From assembly GCF_041674905.1 (NCBI RefSeq), contig NZ_JBAYUV010000007.1:17183-81182 (forward strand): a stretch of DNA of 64,000 nucleotides. Reading direction: 5' to 3'. Positions 59,928 to 64,000 of this stretch are shown here, one piece after another. Source of the DNA: Hyphomicrobium sp. Lineage in GTDB: Bacteria; Pseudomonadota; Alphaproteobacteria; Rhizobiales; Hyphomicrobiaceae. The number at the start of each line of letters is the position of its first letter. Within the stretch, counting starts at the first letter, position 1. Under the pieces are notes generated by a model. The model made no database searches. It was not told where the DNA came from and worked only from the letters and a program-made list of their open reading frames with translations. Both the position numbers and the translations under genes were made by a program.

Positions 59928-60416
59928 ATGCGTCGGCACGGCGGACGCATTTCGGCGAGGACCATGGCGTTCGTCAGCAGGATCGTCACGAGCGGATTCA
60001 GGGTTTACTGGCGGGCGACGCGGAGCTTCGCACTGGCAGCCGAAGCGTGCGTGATCGACGGCGAGGACCGGATCGCTCTCGTCGAAACAGGCGTGGGAAA
60101 CGGCTGGCGATTGCCGAGAACCGAAGTCCGCAAACAGGAAGCGCTCGAGGATGCGCTGCAGCGTCTTCTGACGGACGACTATCGAATTCACATTGCGTCT
60201 CGGCCAGAGCTTTTCTGGATGTATCGCGATATCATGCCGGAGCGGGACGGAATGACCGGCCTTTACGTCGTGCGGCACTGGCGGCGGGACATCGCCCCGG
60301 GTGTATTGGAACTGTCATTTTTCGGCCTCGGCGCTTTGCCGCCGGGACTGCCCCCGCAAGATACCGCGCGCATTCGCCAAGCGGTCGAGAGTCGCGCGCC
60401 GTTCGAAGTGTGCTAG
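59928..60416 (+). CDS. NUDIX-fold-like protein with a degenerate Nudix box
   Basis: GWRLPRTEVRKQEALEDALQRLLTDD resembles GxWxLPGGxxExGExxxxAxxRELxEE, but the catalytic REL-EE residues are replaced. The start could be the ATG at 59964. Confidence 0.4.
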   Translation: MRRHGGRISARTMAFVSRIVTSGFRVYWRATRSFALAAEACVIDGEDRIALVETGVGNGWRLPRTEVRKQEALEDALQRLLTDDYRIHIASRPELFWMYRDIMPERDGMTGLYVVRHWRRDIAPGVLELSFFGLGALPPGLPPQDTARIRQAVESRAPFEVC

Positions 60417-60453
60417 AAGGCGGCCATTCGCCTGCCGGAACCTTAAAAACTCC

Positions 60454-60972
60454 ATGTCTTCTCCGCTCGTTATCCGAAAAGCCATCCCGCAAGACGTTCC
60501 CGAAATTTCGCGGCTGCATGCGCGCGTTTTTGGGCCTGGACGGTTTGCGCGGTCGGCGTATCGGGTGCGTGAGGGCAAGGGCCATCTTTCCCGGTATTGT
60601 CTCGTTGCGCATCTCGGCGGACAACTCATCGCGTCCCTCAGGATGACCGAGATCACGATCGGAGGTCGGCCCGGCGCTGCCCTGCTCGGTCCGGTTGCCG
60701 TCGATCCCGATCATCGCGGCATCGGGCTCGGAACCAAGCTGATGAGTGAAGCCGTTGCGACGGCGCGCGCCGGCGGGACGTCGTTGGTCGTGCTCGTCGG
60801 CGACGATCCCTACTACGGTCGGTTCGGCTTCAAGGTTGTACCCGCAGGCCAGATCGTATTTCCCGGTCCAGTCAATCCGGCGCGGCTGCTCGCGCAGGAA
60901 TTGAAGGACGGCGCGCTTGCGGAATTCCGCGGACTCATCGTTGCCATCCCGTCGAACGGACTGCGCGCGTAA
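60454..60972 (+). CDS. GNAT family N-acetyltransferase
   Basis: 172 aa with VAVDPDHRGIGLGTKLMSEAV (motif A) and YYGRFGF. Confidence 0.8.
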   Translation: MSSPLVIRKAIPQDVPEISRLHARVFGPGRFARSAYRVREGKGHLSRYCLVAHLGGQLIASLRMTEITIGGRPGAALLGPVAVDPDHRGIGLGTKLMSEAVATARAGGTSLVVLVGDDPYYGRFGFKVVPAGQIVFPGPVNPARLLAQELKDGALAEFRGLIVAIPSNGLRA

Positions 60973-61185
60973 GCCCGAACGGCCTCGGCTTCCGGCACGG
61001 CGATAACCTTTTGGTAAACGATTCACCGGACCATCCGGGAGACTCCGAGTGCACAGCGGATTGCATGTGCATTCCTTTGCCGTCGCCGATGGCTCTTACC
61101 GAGGCAGGTTCATGCAAGTTGTCCGTTCTAGCCTCGGCGCTCTCGTTCACCGCGTGTCATGCGTAACGCGACGCGAAGGCCGGCG

Positions 61186-63318
61186 ATGATCTCAACATTT
61201 CTCACCTACACAAGCTTCTCCTCGGACATGTCGAGGTCGCTTGTGCGTGTTTCGGCGCAGGCGGACGTTTCGGGCGCGACCGCTTACTACAACGCGAACA
61301 TCGGCAAGGTGAAATCGGTCGACGATTTCATGAAGAACAATCGCCTCTTCTCCTACGCCATGAAGGCCTACGGACTTGAGGACATGACCTACGCCAAGGC
61401 CTTCATGAGGAAGGTGCTGACGAGCGACATCAGCAGCTCGACCAGCCTGCAGAAAAGCTTTGTCGGAAAGCTGACCGACCCTCGCTTTCTGAAATTCGCG
61501 CAGGCGTTTCAGTTTTCGACGGATGGGAAGGTTGCCTCGCAGCCGGTAACGGCACAGCAAGCCAACGACCAGACCGATCTCATCAATCTCTATAGCCAGC
61601 AGCAGGTCAACAAAGGCGCGACGGCCGCCGACGATGCTGCCTATTATCAGGCGAACATCGGCAACGTCACATCCGTCGACGGCCTCATCGGCAACAAGCG
61701 CCTGTTGAGCTTCACGCTGACGGCTTACGGGATCGATCCCAGTATCGCGTCCGACACGGCGATCAGGCAAGTCCTGACGAGCGATCTCTCCGATCCCGAC
61801 AGCGTCGCGAACCAGATGCCGAGCAAGTACACGATGCTCGCAGCGGCGTTCTCGTTCAATACGGACGGATCGATCAACGGCAGCTCGGCGCAGTCAAGCG
61901 GCAATGCCGCGAGCACCGTCTATCAGTACTATGATGCGTCGGGGGCGAGCGCCAGCGCGCCAGGGGCTGCCTTCAAAACGCAGTACTATCAAGATGCGGT
62001 TGCGGACGTGACCTCCGTCGACGACCTGCTCGGCAATTCGCGTCTCGTCAGCTATCTCGAAACAGCCTTCGGTCTCGACCCTTCCGAGCAGTCGACGGAG
62101 ATCCTGCGCAATGTTCTGACGAGCGACCTCTCGGACCCCGACAGCTTCGCAAATCAGCAGAGCAATGCCGCCTATCGCTCGCTCGCGGCCGCCTTTAATT
62201 TCAATACCGACGGCTCCATCAACGGAAGCGTGGCTCAATCGGCGTCCCAGACCGACAGCACGATTTTATCGTTCACGACGAACAACACGACCGCCGCCCA
62301 GACTTACCAGACCGCCGAAATCAATTTCTACAAGACCGATATCGCCAAGATCGGAAGCGTGTCGGATTTCATAAAAGACTCTGGCCTTTATGATTTCGTT
62401 TTGAGCGCGTTCGGTATCGACCCCAGCAAAACGTCGAAACTTACGATCGAGAAAGTCCTGGAAAGCGACGCCGGCAATCCGAGCAGTTACGCGAACATTT
62501 CGCACAATTCCGCCTACAGCAAACTCGCGGCTGCATTCAATTTCGATGCGAACGGGAATGCCAAGACGGCGAGCTCGGCGCAGGTAAATGCGAGCCTCAT
62601 TTCGACGATCAAACTCTATAATAAAGAGACCGGCGATCCGACCTTAACGAACACGCAGACGACAACCGAAGATACCTACTACGGCGAAACAATCGGGACC
62701 ATCAAGAATGTCGATGAATTCCTGAAGAACAAGCGCCTCGTGACGTTCGCGCTCACCGCCTTCGACCTGGAAAAGAAAGCGCTCTCCAACGATACTCTGC
62801 GCAAGATCCTGACGAGCGATCCGACGGACCTCAAGAGCTTCATCAACAAGCCGGAGAATTCAGCCTATCGGGCAATGGCCGTCGCGTTCAATTTCGGCAC
62901 TGACGGCAAAGATCTCGCGACGCCGCTACAGCAAGTGCAGACGCGCAGCCAGATGGTCGCGACGACGGACGCCTATGCTCGGCAGACTTTGGAAGAAAAT
63001 GCCGGCGACCAGAATGAAGGCGCGCGCCTGGCGCTTTACTTCCAGCGTCTGGCGCCGACGATTACATCGGCCTATTCGATCCTCGCGGACAAGGCACTGC
63101 TGCAGGTGGCGCAAACGGCGCTCGGGCTGCCGACATCGATGTCGAATGCCGACATCGATGTGCAGGCCAACATGATCACGAAAAAGCTAAAAATCGCCGA
63201 TCTGCAGGACCCGAATAAGCTCAATAAATTCCTGGCACGCTTCTCGGCGATGTATGACATCAATAACAGCGACATCACCCAGACAAACCCCGCAATCACT
63301 ATTCTCAGCAGTCGATAA
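61186..63318 (+). CDS. DUF1217 repeat protein (five full ~115-aa repeats plus a C-terminal module)
   Basis: The recurring unit is YY..NIG.V.SVDD(F/L)..N.RL....L.A(Y/F)GLDPS......VLTSDLSDPDS.AN......Y..LAAAFNFNTDGS. The start is taken at MISTFLTYT; the ATG at 61159 is also possible. Confidence 0.75.
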   Translation: MISTFLTYTSFSSDMSRSLVRVSAQADVSGATAYYNANIGKVKSVDDFMKNNRLFSYAMKAYGLEDMTYAKAFMRKVLTSDISSSTSLQKSFVGKLTDPRFLKFAQAFQFSTDGKVASQPVTAQQANDQTDLINLYSQQQVNKGATAADDAAYYQANIGNVTSVDGLIGNKRLLSFTLTAYGIDPSIASDTAIRQVLTSDLSDPDSVANQMPSKYTMLAAAFSFNTDGSINGSSAQSSGNAASTVYQYYDASGASASAPGAAFKTQYYQDAVADVTSVDDLLGNSRLVSYLETAFGLDPSEQSTEILRNVLTSDLSDPDSFANQQSNAAYRSLAAAFNFNTDGSINGSVAQSASQTDSTILSFTTNNTTAAQTYQTAEINFYKTDIAKIGSVSDFIKDSGLYDFVLSAFGIDPSKTSKLTIEKVLESDAGNPSSYANISHNSAYSKLAAAFNFDANGNAKTASSAQVNASLISTIKLYNKETGDPTLTNTQTTTEDTYYGETIGTIKNVDEFLKNKRLVTFALTAFDLEKKALSNDTLRKILTSDPTDLKSFINKPENSAYRAMAVAFNFGTDGKDLATPLQQVQTRSQMVATTDAYARQTLEENAGDQNEGARLALYFQRLAPTITSAYSILADKALLQVAQTALGLPTSMSNADIDVQANMITKKLKIADLQDPNKLNKFLARFSAMYDINNSDITQTNPAITILSSR

Positions 63319-63372
63319 AGCCGGAACCAGTCCGGCCGACTGGCCGTTAGCCTCTAAACAAGGAGGCGGCAT

Positions 63373-63606
63373 ATGGCCATCTTTCATGGGCTGCTTAGAC
63401 CCAGAGCCTTGGATGACGCTGTTCATTCCGGCGACAATGCGCTGAATGTTTTGCTGATGGTGCTGCTGGTCGCGTTCGGCGTGGCGAGCTGGTATTTCCA
63501 TGCGAATCCCCTGGCGAGCCATACCGGCGCCGGGATGGCAGCCATCAGCGCGCCGCCGACTTCAGGACCTGGCGCAGGCGAAAACGCGATCCGTCCGTCG
63601 CCGTAA
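63373..63606 (+). CDS. Hypothetical small membrane protein (77 aa)
   Basis: AAGGAGG lies 6 nt before the ATG. One TM helix (VLLMVLLVAFGVASWYF). It begins 54 nt after the DUF1217 gene. Confidence 0.45.
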   Translation: MAIFHGLLRPRALDDAVHSGDNALNVLLMVLLVAFGVASWYFHANPLASHTGAGMAAISAPPTSGPGAGENAIRPSP

Positions 63607-63651
63607 ACTGGTCCCGTGCGCCGATGATCTGCGATCAAGATCGCGCGTTGG

Positions 63652-64000
63652 CTACGCAGAAGGCTTGCGCGTGCGAAGGGCCATCTTGCGCTGGATTTTC
63701 CCTGACGCAGTTCTAGATCGCTTGCGGGCATGCTGAGGATGGGCGGGCTTTTCGGGCGGCGTCACGTCGGCGACCAGATCGACCGAAGTTTTTGCCTTGA
63801 GCTGCACCACTTGATAACCGCCGGCTTTCAGTTGCGCGAAGAGTTGCGGCACGGCATCCGCGGTCCACTTGTGAATATCATGCATCAGGATAATGCCACG
63901 GCCGCGCGCTTTGAGCCCCGCCATCACGCGCGCAATAACCGGCTTGCTGCTGCGAACGCGCCAATCCTGCGAGTCGATATCTACTGCAAACTGCGCGATG
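63652..64000 (-). CDS. Polysaccharide deacetylase paralogue, C-terminal part only (N-terminus beyond the right edge)
   Basis: The reverse-complement frame is open to the window end: IAQFAVDIDSQDWRVRSSKPVIARVMAGLKARGRGIILMHDIHKWTADAVPQLFAQLKAGGYQVVQL. This is collinear with ...DIDSIDYKPQTVDHLVKSVIAKLDKRGKGIILMHDIHKRTAQALPLLLAQMKAKGYKIVHL of 48983..50305. Confidence 0.78.
   Translation of the reverse strand, partial: IAQFAVDIDSQDWRVRSSKPVIARVMAGLKARGRGIILMHDIHKWTADAVPQLFAQLKAGGYQVVQLKAKTSVDLVADVTPPEKPAHPQHARKRSRTASGKIQRKMALRTRKPSA

Overview
64-kb high-GC segment (roughly 60-65% by eye) whose gene content and synteny look alphaproteobacterial (Hyphomicrobiales/Rhizobiales-like). It carries about 60 protein genes, mostly core functions. 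These are: the 5' part of putA, panC, parE, a membrane desaturase, aqpZ and a DEAD-box helicase. Next comes a complete suf Fe-S operon (Rrf2::cysteine-desulfurase fusion, sufB, sufC, sufD, sufS, sufT, sufA). Then anmK/tyrS, a 1272-aa AsmA/YhdP-like protein, bcp, two bactofilin paralogues, and an ECF sigma - DUF4142 - amicyanin-like cupredoxin - folE string. Further along are an orphan HWE/HisKA_2 kinase, cspA, and the conserved DUF1285 / MoxR - DUF58 - BatA_N/DUF4159 - membrane protein cluster. The right half holds a TPP riboswitch with thiC, corA, two tandem RlpA-like genes, a patatin-like lipase, a metallophosphoesterase, a five-repeat DUF1217 protein and two polysaccharide deacetylase paralogues (one cut by the right edge). 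I found no rRNA, tRNA, CRISPR array, transposase, integrase or prophage genes. I do not see a convincing multi-gene novel system. The most unusual signals are: (i) a palindromic intergenic-type repeat embedded in frame inside thiC; (ii) a REP-like hairpin family (GTGGATGGCCGCCTGCGCGGCCATGACG) with 3.5 copies upstream of thiC and one inside the suf operon; (iii) a ~1.1-kb low-GC islet with an orphan protein carrying a HEPN-like Rx4H motif; (iv) an IscR-type Rrf2 domain with its Fe-S ligand motif fused to a NifS-type cysteine desulfurase; (v) a ~630-bp gene-poor stretch with a 25-codon ORF behind a 12-nt perfect anti-16S Shine-Dalgarno sequence and three successive terminator hairpins. All family assignments rest on motif recognition by eye and need HMM/BLAST confirmation.
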